Shown here one piece after another: positions 1 through 8,523 of a DNA stretch of 64,000 bases; positions within the stretch are counted from its first letter, which is position 1, and every line of letters starts with the position of its first letter. The notes beneath the pieces were generated by a model that was not told where the DNA came from, did no database searches, and saw nothing but the letters and a program-made list of their open reading frames with translations. Position numbers and translations under genes: made by a program. This stretch comes from an uncultured Pseudobdellovibrionaceae bacterium (GTDB lineage Bacteria > Bdellovibrionota > Bdellovibrionia > Bdellovibrionales > JAGQZY01): positions 1,145 through 65,144 of the forward strand of contig CAZOGU010000005.1 in assembly GCA_964579625.1 (NCBI GenBank), read 5' to 3'.

Positions 1-1439
1 CCTACACTGCAGGGTTTGGGCTTGCGCTGTCTTCGACCGCTTTTAGTTTTCAGATTCTCAATGACAACAATCAACTCAATACAACCCATGGGCAAGATGC
101 GTTTGCTGTTTTGATGTTTCAAGACTTGGCCGTTGTTCCCATTGTGGCCTCTCTTTCATTTTTCACCAATACCGCCAATTCCACCTCGGCGCTCGATTGG
201 GTCTTTTGGATGCGAGCCACATCCACCGTCATCTCTGTCATCTTTATTGGTCACTATGTGATTCGTCATGCGCTTCGTCTGATTGCTGACTCTGATACTC
301 CCGAGGTGTTTACTGCTATGTCGTTACTGATCGTAATAGGAGCCGCCGTTTTAATGGAATCCATCGGGCTTTCCATGGGAACTGGTGCGTTTCTAGCTGG
401 CGTTCTCTTGGCGAATTCGGAGTACCGCCATGAGCTTGAAACAAATTTAGCGCCGTTTAAAGGCCTTCTGTTGGGTCTCTTTTTTATGGCGGTTGGGATG
501 TCACTCAACCTGGTTGTTCTTGCGCAAAAACCACATCTCGTCGCTCTGTTAACCATTGCTTTTATGCTCCTGAAGGGTGTGATCATTTTTGGCCTCGCCC
601 GGCTCTTTGGGCGCGGTCGTGAGCCCGCGCGAAACACTGCTCTCAGTTTGGCCTTGGGGGGAGAATTTGCGTTTGTTCTGTTTAGCACCGCGATCAGTCA
701 AAAACTGATGGACTCAGAGACGGCCTCTTTGCTCAATGCCGCCGTGACACTGAGTATGACGATCACTCCACTTTTATTCAGCCTGAACCAAAAGTATTTG
801 CGTCGTTTTTCCGAAATTTCAGAGCGTCCCTACAACGACGACTTTCCAACAGATGTGGAAGTGATTGTTGCGGGCTTTGGACGTTTTGGCCAAATTGTGA
901 CGCGATTTCTGAATGCGGAAGATGTGGTTCACACCATTTTGGACCATGATGCCTCTCAGGTCGAAACCGCAAGACGTTTCGGCAACAAGGTCTACTACGG
1001 AGATGCTTCGCGAAAAGACATTCTCGAGGCGGCGGGAGCCAAGAAAGCCAAATATTTTGTTCTCGCTATTGATGACCCTGCGCAATCGGTCGAAGCGGCA
1101 AAAGTGGTCAAACAGCACTTTCCCAATCTCGAAATCATTGCTCGCGTGCGCAATCGCCAACACGCCATTGATTTAATGGAGCTCGGAATTAAGTCCATTC
1201 ATCGTGAAACTTATATGACAAGTTTAGAAGTAGCCAAAGAAGTCATGATCAAGCGTGGGAAGTCTGACGTCGCCATCGAGCGCGCCATCAAAAACTTCCG
1301 GATTCATGATGATAAGATTTTACAAAAACAGCTCGAACTCCGCCACGATGAACATCAAATGCGCAGCTATACAACTCAAGCCACGAAAGAACTAGAGCGC
1401 ATTCTTAAAGAAGATCAGGATTCCGACCCCACTCCGTAA
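1..1439 (+). CDS. KefB/KefC-type (CPA2) K+/H+ antiporter with C-terminal RCK/TrkA-N domain, 5'-truncated by window edge
   Basis: Frame 3 is open from the window edge with no stop before 111. The upstream translation ...LSSTAFSFQILNDNNQLNTTHGQDAFAVLMFQDLAVVPIV reads like the KefC exchanger core. Multiple TM segments are followed by the Rossmann motif VIVAGFGRFGQIV. Confidence 0.8.
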   Translation, partial: YTAGFGLALSSTAFSFQILNDNNQLNTTHGQDAFAVLMFQDLAVVPIVASLSFFTNTANSTSALDWVFWMRATSTVISVIFIGHYVIRHALRLIADSDTPEVFTAMSLLIVIGAAVLMESIGLSMGTGAFLAGVLLANSEYRHELETNLAPFKGLLLGLFFMAVGMSLNLVVLAQKPHLVALLTIAFMLLKGVIIFGLARLFGRGREPARNTALSLALGGEFAFVLFSTAISQKLMDSETASLLNAAVTLSMTITPLLFSLNQKYLRRFSEISERPYNDDFPTDVEVIVAGFGRFGQIVTRFLNAEDVVHTILDHDASQVETARRFGNKVYYGDASRKDILEAAGAKKAKYFVLAIDDPAQSVEAAKVVKQHFPNLEIIARVRNRQHAIDLMELGIKSIHRETYMTSLEVAKEVMIKRGKSDVAIERAIKNFRIHDDKILQKQLELRHDEHQMRSYTTQATKELERILKEDQDSDPTP

Positions 1440-1440
1440 T

Positions 1441-2196
1441 TTAAAAATTGGCACAAACAGCGACGCCGGATTGTGTTGGGCAGCTGAGAGAGATATGCAT
1501 ATGATCGTCATGGAGCTCATTTGACGGCTCATAGGTTTTAGGGGAGCCAACGGAACAAGTGCATTCGTTTCCTAAAGAACTCTTCATAGAATTGTCCCAA
1601 CATGTTCTAAATGCGTCATAAAAATTTTGATTTTGTGTTCGACTTGTTAAATCAATTTTATAAGAACTTGTTCCATTGTGAAGGGTCAGCGCAGAAATAT
1701 CCATTGCTTTTCCTACAGAGTGTCGGCTCCAGGAGCTTCCTACTCCTGATGGCGTGTTGATTTTTCGATCGGCAAAACCACCCATTTGTTCCAATGAAAC
1801 ATGCGTAGGAATACTCCAGCGCAAGGACGCGGCCGCACTTTTTGCACACAAGGGAATGAACTTTTGAATGGCTTCAGAAAATTGAGAGTCCAAATACATT
1901 TTGCAAGTCTCAAGCGGCGGAGCGGCCAATGAGGGGCGCTGTGCAAACACCGTCAGTTGATTGTTACAAACTTCGTTTTCAGAAAGAGTTCTCTGCGGAC
2001 GCGGCCCAAGCTGTTGTTGTGGCATTTGGGTCGTTTGCGTTCGCTTTTCATTGTCTTTCATGGCCTCTGCATCTTCCGCTTGTTTTCGCAAGGCCTCACG
2101 CATACGCGGGTCTTCCACTCTTGGGTCAACAACCACCTCTGCCGCGCACACCAAAGAACCGAAAATAAGACTAAAAAAAATAAGAACTGTTGTCAT
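1441..2196 (-). CDS. secreted LAS-type (extensin-like / peptidase M15-like) metallopeptidase-domain protein
   Basis: It has an N-terminal signal peptide, MTTVLIFFSLIFGSLVCA. The C-terminus carries SRHSVGKAMDI ... HDDHMHIS, an H-x6-D ... H-x-H zinc-ligand pattern typical of the extensin-like_C/LAS fold. Confidence 0.5.
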   Translation of the reverse strand: MTTVLIFFSLIFGSLVCAAEVVVDPRVEDPRMREALRKQAEDAEAMKDNEKRTQTTQMPQQQLGPRPQRTLSENEVCNNQLTVFAQRPSLAAPPLETCKMYLDSQFSEAIQKFIPLCAKSAAASLRWSIPTHVSLEQMGGFADRKINTPSGVGSSWSRHSVGKAMDISALTLHNGTSSYKIDLTSRTQNQNFYDAFRTCWDNSMKSSLGNECTCSVGSPKTYEPSNELHDDHMHISLSCPTQSGVAVCANF

Positions 2197-2283
2197 AATT
2201 ACAGATTAAAGCACGGAAGCACCCAAACCAACTTGATTTATCAACGCTAGGCTCTAAACTGATTCAAAGTCGTGAGGTAAAAC

Positions 2284-2676
2284 ATGTTTGCAATCCTACT
2301 AACAATCACCTTCATTTCTCTTGGCGGCACTGCCCAGACTAGAGTCCTGAAAAGCAATTTTGCCCATGTTACAATTGAAAAAGTGGAACGACTCGAGGCT
2401 GAGCCCGTCAGTAAGCCCTTTGAAATTTCAGCAATACTTCAGTGCAAAAACAACAAAAACAAAATCACTCAAAAAATAACTCTCCCCGTTTGTGATTTTG
2501 ATCTTCAAGATAAGGAAACAAAAATTTCCAACAACACAATCTACATCGCCCACTTCGCCTGGGACGGCGCCAAAAGTAGCAACAACTCCGAGGGACGAAA
2601 CTACTGCAACTCCAAACAAAAACTCTTCCACGAAATAAAAATCTCTGAAATCTGCAAACCAACGGCAAAAAAATAA
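2284..2676 (+). CDS. small secreted hypothetical protein
   Basis: 130-aa ORF with a signal-peptide-like N-terminus (MFAILLTITFISLGGTAQ). I recognise no family. Confidence 0.45.
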   Translation: MFAILLTITFISLGGTAQTRVLKSNFAHVTIEKVERLEAEPVSKPFEISAILQCKNNKNKITQKITLPVCDFDLQDKETKISNNTIYIAHFAWDGAKSSNNSEGRNYCNSKQKLFHEIKISEICKPTAKK

Positions 2677-2702
2677 TTCCCTCACTATTTCGAACACAAC
2701 TC

Positions 2703-2730
2703 AGATCTTTCGCTCCGCTCAAGATGACGA
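2703..2730 (+). repeat. dispersed repeat copy A (AGATCYTTCGC..GCTC..GATGACG family)
   Basis: AGATCTTTCGCTCCGCTCAAGATGACGA, with a partial second unit GCGCTCAAAATGACATCC at 2770-2787. Confidence 0.8.
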
Positions 2731-2842
2731 GAGAGAAGTACTCAAGGCGATGGTATGCGCGTAGACGTTGCGCTCAAAATGACATCCCAAGTGTTTTTGC
2801 CACTAAAAAAACTACCGCATCTTTTAATTTCCATTTGAGAAG

Positions 2843-3721
2843 TTAAAAATCTAGATGGAATGATGATTGAACATTCATTTTTTCGCCAGTACGAGGATGT
2901 TTAAATTGCAAACGATAGGCATGGAGTTGCATTCTTAGATCCGACTTCACTCCGTACAAACGATCGCCAACGATGGGTAAACGACTGTGTGCCAAATGAA
3001 TTCGAATCTGGTGCGTTCGCCCAGTGATCGGCTCACATTCGATCATATGGCGATTTCCGCCCAAGCTTTTTTTATATTCAAAAAGAGTTACAGCCTCATC
3101 GCCTTTTTTGTGATCGATTCCAAAACGAAACTCTTTGATGCCAAAAATTCGGTTGATGGGGGCTTCGACCTTCCATCTTTTATTTTTGGGCTCTTCTCCC
3201 TGTACAACAGCCAAATACTTCTTATGAATAGACCGTTCTTTAAACTGATCGGAGATGGCTTTGTTGACGGAAGACTTTTTAGTTAACAACACCAATCCGG
3301 ATGTGTCTCGATCCAAACGATGGTGTAAGCCCACATAGCCAAGCTTACTTGGATTTTTCTCTGTAAGGTAAGCAATCACCGCAGAGTAAAGATGATCTTC
3401 GCCCGGTTTTTGAGTGGCCTGTGTTGGAAGGCCCGATGGTTTATCAATCACGATGATCTCTGCATCCTCATAAACAATATGGCTCGCACCAATTTCGAAG
3501 GGCGGTTTTGCCATAAGATGATTTGGCACAAGCACAGAGACAACGGTGCCCTTTTTTACAACCACTTGATGGCGTACGATCTTTTTTTCGCGCAGATAAA
3601 CATGGGAGTCTTTTAAAACCTGTTCTGTTTGTGAGCGCAAAAGATGGCGAACTGAATTGATGGTATTATTTAAAAGTGTGTCTAGTTTAAGTCCACTGCT
3701 GACGACTTGAAATAACTTCAT
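2843..3721 (-). CDS. RluA-family 23S rRNA pseudouridine synthase (RluD/RluC-like)
   Basis: Catalytic motif HRLDRDTSGLVLL and an S4-like N-terminus. Its ATG overlaps the stop of the upstream FAH gene (ATGA at 3718-3721). Confidence 0.85.
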   Translation of the reverse strand: MKLFQVVSSGLKLDTLLNNTINSVRHLLRSQTEQVLKDSHVYLREKKIVRHQVVVKKGTVVSVLVPNHLMAKPPFEIGASHIVYEDAEIIVIDKPSGLPTQATQKPGEDHLYSAVIAYLTEKNPSKLGYVGLHHRLDRDTSGLVLLTKKSSVNKAISDQFKERSIHKKYLAVVQGEEPKNKRWKVEAPINRIFGIKEFRFGIDHKKGDEAVTLFEYKKSLGGNRHMIECEPITGRTHQIRIHLAHSRLPIVGDRLYGVKSDLRMQLHAYRLQFKHPRTGEKMNVQSSFHLDF

Positions 3722-4704
3722 CTCGAGTACTTTGTAACTGTTTGAAAAATAGTGCCAAAAATATTTTTTCCCATATCGTCTTTCATTTCGATCTTGATGG
3801 TGTCGCCCACTTTCATAAAGGGCGTTTTGATTGCGCCCTCATTCAGTTTCTCAACCATACGTTGCTCGGCCAAACAACTTGAACCCATCTCGTGATCTTC
3901 ATTAGAGACTGTGCCACTACCAATAATCGTACCCGGCATAAGGTGTCGTGTTTTTGCGGCATGAGATATCAAATCACCAAAATGAAAGTGCATAGCGCCG
4001 GCATTGGCTTTACCAAAAAACTGACCGTTGTACTCCACGGAGAGTGGCAGATGAACGCGCCCGTCTTTCCACGCCTCGCCCAGCTCATCAACAGTCACGG
4101 CAAAAGGTGCAAAGGCCGAAGAGGGTTTGCCGTGAAAAAATCCAAAGCCCGTTGTGAGCTCCTCTGGAATCAAACCGCGCAAAGAAACGTCGTTGATGAT
4201 CACGAAAAGAAGAATTTTCCTTAAGCACTCCTCAGGAGTCGAGCCCATAGGAACGTAGTCTGTAATTACACCCACTTCGCCCTCGAAGTCTGTGCCATGC
4301 GCGAAATCGATTTGCGGAATCTCTTCACGAGGAGCTAGAAAGTTATCGCTTCCTCCTTGATACATCAGTGGCACATGAAAAAGAGTTTCTGGCATTGGCG
4401 CATTTCGCGCCATTCTCACAAGCTTGACATGATAAAGAAACGCCGAACCATCCGCCCACTGAAACGATCGAGGAAGTGGAGAATGAAATTTTTCTTCGTC
4501 CACTTTTTGCGCGTCCTTGATTTGACCCGCGTTGAGAACTTGATAGACCTTTTCGAGTTGAGGTTTTACATTCTTCCAATTTTCGAGGGCCTCGCGAAGA
4601 GAGGGCGCAATTTGTGGCACTAATACATAGGATTGGTTATCTTGGCTCACAACAACCAATTGACCATCATCCCACTTTTTGGTTTTTAAAGTTCCTAATT
4701 TCAT
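3718..4704 (-). CDS. fumarylacetoacetate hydrolase (FAH) family protein
   Basis: 328 aa with an FAH-type C-terminal domain (GTIIGSGTVSN, HFHFGDLISH). It lies next to a zeta-class GST/maleylacetoacetate isomerase. Confidence 0.75.
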   Translation of the reverse strand: MKLGTLKTKKWDDGQLVVVSQDNQSYVLVPQIAPSLREALENWKNVKPQLEKVYQVLNAGQIKDAQKVDEEKFHSPLPRSFQWADGSAFLYHVKLVRMARNAPMPETLFHVPLMYQGGSDNFLAPREEIPQIDFAHGTDFEGEVGVITDYVPMGSTPEECLRKILLFVIINDVSLRGLIPEELTTGFGFFHGKPSSAFAPFAVTVDELGEAWKDGRVHLPLSVEYNGQFFGKANAGAMHFHFGDLISHAAKTRHLMPGTIIGSGTVSNEDHEMGSSCLAEQRMVEKLNEGAIKTPFMKVGDTIKIEMKDDMGKNIFGTIFQTVTKYSR

Positions 4705-4831
4705 ACGGACACCTCGACTTAAAACGTCTGTGATATTTTTTAGTTTTAATCAGGGAAGAAGTCATCTTTATTGTTGCGCCGCCCCACCTTGGTGCTTTGT
4801 CAGACCATCCCTGAATGAATATGATGTGTTC

Positions 4832-5485
4832 ATGAATTCAAATCTATTGCTCTATTCCTATTTTCGTAGCTCCTGCGCCTACCGTGTAAGGATTGCCCTT
4901 AATCTTAAGGGTGTTCCCTATAGCATCGTTCCAGTGCATCTGATTAAAGATGGGGGCCAGCAGCACTCCGAGCGCTATCATGCCATCAATGCCTCTCGCC
5001 AGGTTCCCACGCTCGTGGATGGCAATACTATTATTGGCCAGTCGATGGCGATCTTAGAGTATCTTGAGGACGAGTTTCCAAATCCCCCACTGTTACCCAA
5101 AAACCCCGCGGATCGAGCCCTCGTCAGACAAATGTGTGAAATCATCAATAGTGGAATTCAACCTCTGCAAAACCTCAGCGTGGTGCAATTTTTGGAAAAG
5201 GACCTTAAGCTCGGCGCGGAACAAAAAGATCAGTGGCTTCAGAGTTGGATACATCGAGGTCTGCAAAGCTTTGAAGATCTTCTTCAATTCCATTCTGGAA
5301 AATATTGCTTTGGCGATCAAATCACCCTAGCCGATTGTTTATTGGTGCCACAGATTTTTAGCTCACTACGCTTTAAGGTGGACGTGAGTCGCTACCCGCG
5401 AAGTGTCGAAATCAATGAGCGCTGTTTAAAACTCACTGATTTCTTGCGCGCTTCTCCCGAACGACAACCCGATTTTGAAGCTTAA
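4832..5485 (+). CDS. maiA: maleylacetoacetate isomerase (glutathione S-transferase zeta)
   Basis: Zeta-GST signature YFRSSCAYRVRIALNLKG. I place the start at ATG 4832 (MNSNLLLYSYF). The ORF-track start at 4679 would overlap the FAH gene and adds non-homologous sequence. Confidence 0.85.
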   Translation: MNSNLLLYSYFRSSCAYRVRIALNLKGVPYSIVPVHLIKDGGQQHSERYHAINASRQVPTLVDGNTIIGQSMAILEYLEDEFPNPPLLPKNPADRALVRQMCEIINSGIQPLQNLSVVQFLEKDLKLGAEQKDQWLQSWIHRGLQSFEDLLQFHSGKYCFGDQITLADCLLVPQIFSSLRFKVDVSRYPRSVEINERCLKLTDFLRASPERQPDFEA

Positions 5486-5498
5486 TTCTCCGATCGAG

Positions 5499-6404
5499 TT
5501 ATCTCTCAGGAACTGTCGGCAGTAGCGGTCGCAGGATTTGCAACAGGTTGATCTTTAAAATTGTGATCAACAAGTAAAGTGCCAATCCCAAATGCATCAC
5601 TGTCATCCAAGCAGGAATTTGCATTTGCAAGTTCATCACGCCCACGGCGATTTGTGAAAAAATAAGTAAAAAGCACTGAAAAACGATTTTCTTTTGCGCA
5701 AGCGAGATTTTATTTTTAGCGGCCAGTCGCAGTCCGTAGATAAAATAACCAATAAAAAAGAGCGCGAGGGTATAGGCCATCATTCGGTGAATCACCTGCG
5801 CACCAATCGGCCCAGTCCAGGCCGGAAACCACTGGCCGTTACAAAGCGGAAAATCCACACAAGCCATGCCCGCGTAATTCGACGCCACCCATCCTCCCAA
5901 AACAATTTGCGCGCAGACCAAAATAAAACCGAGCAATGAGATTTTTTCGAAAGTTGCGTGCGCAAGTGCTTTGTATTTGGGCCCATCGACCTGAAACTGA
6001 ACAATCAGAAGCGAAATCAAAAACGCCGTCGCCAAACTTAAGTGAGCCGTTACAATTCCAGGCTCAAGAATCTTTAAGACAGTCAGTCCGCCCATAATAA
6101 TTTGCGCAAGCAACAAAAAAAGCCCAACGGAAAGCATCCAACGGATAGCGCGAAAGCGCGGCTTCAAAAACGCAACCACATACACAACAAAAAAAACAAG
6201 TGCAACAAAGCCCGCAACAAAGCGGTGAATCACTTCCAAATAAACCTGCATATCATACTTAGGCAAAACCTTCCCAAAACAAAGCGGCCAATCCGGACAC
6301 GCCAACCCCGCATCAAGCGCCCGCACCGCAGCCCCAAGCAGCATCAAATCAAACGTCAAAAAAATCAAAAACGCGAGAATCTTAGAATAATGCTTTTCAA
6401 TCAT
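5499..6404 (-). CDS. ctaA: heme A synthase (CtaA/COX15)
   Basis: Polytopic membrane protein with the paired Cys motifs CPDWPLC and CVDFPLC. ATG 6404 is preceded by GGAG. The ORF-track start at 6416 is a TTG. Confidence 0.85.
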   Translation of the reverse strand: MIEKHYSKILAFLIFLTFDLMLLGAAVRALDAGLACPDWPLCFGKVLPKYDMQVYLEVIHRFVAGFVALVFFVVYVVAFLKPRFRAIRWMLSVGLFLLLAQIIMGGLTVLKILEPGIVTAHLSLATAFLISLLIVQFQVDGPKYKALAHATFEKISLLGFILVCAQIVLGGWVASNYAGMACVDFPLCNGQWFPAWTGPIGAQVIHRMMAYTLALFFIGYFIYGLRLAAKNKISLAQKKIVFQCFLLIFSQIAVGVMNLQMQIPAWMTVMHLGLALYLLITILKINLLQILRPLLPTVPER

Positions 6405-6457
6405 AACAAACTCCAACCTCTAAAGCTTCCAAACTAAACACACACACACAGCAGATC

Positions 6458-6605
6458 TTTAGATTTTGGTGCTCGGGATTTAGAGATCTCTTCAAAAGAG
6501 ACCTCCGTTGAGCGTGACGCGATCGGCGCAGCCGACAACGGCAGAGCCAAGGACGAGCGTGTCTCTTTTGAAGAGATCTCTAAATCCCGAGCACCAAAAT
6601 CTAAA
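6458..6605. repeat. 148-bp element with perfect 45-bp inverted arms (MITE-like / long RNA hairpin) between ctaB and ctaA
   Basis: The left arm 6458-6502 (TTTAGATTTTGGTGCTCGGGATTTAGAGATCTCTTCAAAAGAGAC) is the exact reverse complement of the right arm 6561-6605. The spacer is 58 nt and GC-rich. A (CA)6 run at 6439-6450 flanks the element. Confidence 0.9.
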
Positions 6606-7491
6606 GTCTCGTAAATACCATTTCGCCCCATTTATCAAAAACGGGAATGATTACAAAAATCAAAACGCTAAAAGTTGTCCATAAGAAAAAGGGCAGCCAA
6701 CGTTTACTTGTGGGCTCTTTATAGTAAGCCATAAACTCCAACACCACTTTGCCAACAAAAGGCAAGATAACGAGAAGATAGCCAATCCACACCGAAATAA
6801 ACCAAGGAGAAAAAACCGCCCATGCAGCATAGGCAAATACATAAAGACCAATGTGATAAAGTGTGCGCTGCTCGCCGATAACCACTGGTAGCACGGGAAT
6901 TCCTGCCGCCGCATAGTCCTCGCGATAGCGAAGCGCCAGGGCCCAGAAGTGAGGCATTTGCCAAAGAAACATAAGAACAAATAAATAAAAACTCTCGCGC
7001 GAAATCGCAATTTCGTGAGCGCCATAACCAAGTAAAATTGGCATAGCACCAGGAATGGCGCCGGGAACCGCTCCAAAGGCCCATTTCTTTTTCCAGTACA
7101 TGGTATAAAGGCCATTGTACATAACGACCGTAGCAAAACCATAAATCAAAAACCATTTGGAGACGAGAAAACCCAAACCCAGCCCCAAAGCTAAAAACAC
7201 GACGGTTAAAAGGCCCACTGCTTTTTTCGAAAAAATTCCCGCAGGAATGGGTCGATCTTTTGTTCTTGGCATTTTTTTATCAACCTCAACCTCTTGAAGT
7301 TGGTTTAGAGCGAAGCTTCCTGAGCTTAAAGAATAGAGAGCGCCGATAAAAAGAAAGAGATGACTTAGGTTGAGCGGTTCATACGGGTTTTGACCCAGAA
7401 AATAGGAAGCCGTACCTGTAAACAGAACGAAGCACACAATTCCAAATTTGGTTAAATCAAAAAATGCTCTCACACGCCAATTCTTTCTCAA
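6601..7491 (-). CDS. ctaB: protoheme IX farnesyltransferase (heme O synthase, UbiA family)
   Basis: UbiA-type motif NQLQEVEVDKKMPRTKDRPIPAG and about 9 TM segments. The start is TTG 7491 or GTG five codons later. The stop codon TAG (6601-6603) lies inside the right arm of the inverted-repeat element. Confidence 0.85.
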   Translation of the reverse strand: MRKNWRVRAFFDLTKFGIVCFVLFTGTASYFLGQNPYEPLNLSHLFLFIGALYSLSSGSFALNQLQEVEVDKKMPRTKDRPIPAGIFSKKAVGLLTVVFLALGLGLGFLVSKWFLIYGFATVVMYNGLYTMYWKKKWAFGAVPGAIPGAMPILLGYGAHEIAISRESFYLFVLMFLWQMPHFWALALRYREDYAAAGIPVLPVVIGEQRTLYHIGLYVFAYAAWAVFSPWFISVWIGYLLVILPFVGKVVLEFMAYYKEPTSKRWLPFFLWTTFSVLIFVIIPVFDKWGEMVFTRL

Positions 7492-7560
7492 GAGGGGACG
7501 AATTCAAACGGCCTTGGAGAGCCGGACAAAGATGTACGGCCGCTAGAAAACACCAATCAA

Positions 7561-7872
7561 CTAAAGCGTGCTGGTTTGAGTGATTCGAGTCGCCAAATCC
7601 AACACACAAAAAATAAAAAGTAAAAACACAAAGAAAAAGCTCGAAGCGATAATCATCTTATAAATTTTTTCGTCATATTTAAGATGCATAAAGTAAGCCA
7701 TCACTAAAAAGGCTTTTGCTGTTGCGATACTAAAAGCAACAACCCAGTTAAACGCACCAAAATCCATGCCTTTGGCAGTAACCACAGTCAGGACAGTGAA
7801 TCCAATCAAGGCGGCAAACACCTTGAGGTGTGTGCTTAACGGAATTCCATGATGTTCTTCGTGATGTGCCAT
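7561..7872 (-). CDS. cytochrome c oxidase subunit IV (caa3-type small subunit)
   Basis: 103 aa with three TM helices and the N-terminus MAHHEEHHG. It sits directly downstream of subunit III. Confidence 0.75.
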   Translation of the reverse strand: MAHHEEHHGIPLSTHLKVFAALIGFTVLTVVTAKGMDFGAFNWVVAFSIATAKAFLVMAYFMHLKYDEKIYKMIIASSFFFVFLLFIFCVLDLATRITQTSTL

Positions 7873-7881
7873 GTGCGCCTC

Positions 7882-8523
7882 CTAGCCAACCAAATAGAGT
7901 AAAGGAAATAAAAAGATCCAAATTAAATCCACCAAATGCCAAAACAGACCAACACCCTCGACAGGAGTGTAGTACTTTGAGCTGAATTCACCTTTTTGAG
8001 CTCGCAAGAGAACCCAAAGAATTAAACCCATCCCTGCTAAAACGTGAATCCCGTGAAGACCTGTCATCATAAAGTAAAAAGAATAATAAAGACCGATGTT
8101 GCTCACGCCTTCTGGAATTTCTCCGTGATACCAGCTCCCAGGCAGCAACCCTTCATGAATTTTGTGCGTGTACTCAAAATACTTTACGACCATAAAAATC
8201 GCACCACAAAGAATTGTAGCTGCTAAGTTAGCAACCGCTTTTTTTCGGTCGTTGTGTTGGCAATAATGGATTCCAAGAACCATGGTCAGAGAGCTTGTCA
8301 AAAGCACAATCGTGTTGAGTGCTCCAAGACGCCAATCCAAATGCTTTGCACCTTCATGGAAAACTTGCGGATACATATTACTATAGATGATGTAGCCCAC
8401 AAAAAGCCCACCGAACATTAAAATTTCGGAAGTCAGGAATAGCCAAACGCCTTCTTTACTTGTCGCATACTCGTGCTCTGCGCTGTCAAAATGGTGGGCG
8501 TGATGATGATTATCTGTACTCAT
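7882..8523 (-). CDS. ctaE: cytochrome c oxidase subunit III
   Basis: The subunit III membrane core is recognisable. I place the start at ATG 8523 (MSTDNHHHAHHF), which overlaps the ctaD stop by 14 nt. The track start at 8556 would overlap by 47 nt. Confidence 0.85.
   Translation of the reverse strand: MSTDNHHHAHHFDSAEHEYATSKEGVWLFLTSEILMFGGLFVGYIIYSNMYPQVFHEGAKHLDWRLGALNTIVLLTSSLTMVLGIHYCQHNDRKKAVANLAATILCGAIFMVVKYFEYTHKIHEGLLPGSWYHGEIPEGVSNIGLYYSFYFMMTGLHGIHVLAGMGLILWVLLRAQKGEFSSKYYTPVEGVGLFWHLVDLIWIFLFPLLYLVG

Noticed and set aside
111-113. Track start codon of the KefC-like ORF
   Set aside because: The reading frame is open and homologous-looking back to the window edge. The gene is 5'-truncated by the window rather than starting at 111.
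266-1198. Multiple antisense or overlapping ORFs inside the KefC-like gene, with analogous sets inside ctaB, ctaD, secA, prkA, glpD, mreB, xseA, PBP1A and uvrA
   Set aside because: They overlap strongly supported CDSs, lack RBSs and have skewed Arg/Ser/Pro-rich or low-complexity composition typical of off-frame translation.
6439-6450. (CA)6 dinucleotide run as a phase-variation switch for ctaA
   Set aside because: Six units is short for slipped-strand regulation. The run lies in the leader rather than between -35 and -10 or in coding sequence, and phase variation of heme A synthase is implausible. It is recorded only as flanking the IR element.
6434-6631. 65-aa track ORF (minus strand) spanning the ctaB-ctaA spacer
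   Set aside because: It is entirely the translation of the inverted-repeat element, so its two halves mirror each other (SKETR.../...EEISKSR). It has no RBS, and the hairpin explains the sequence better.
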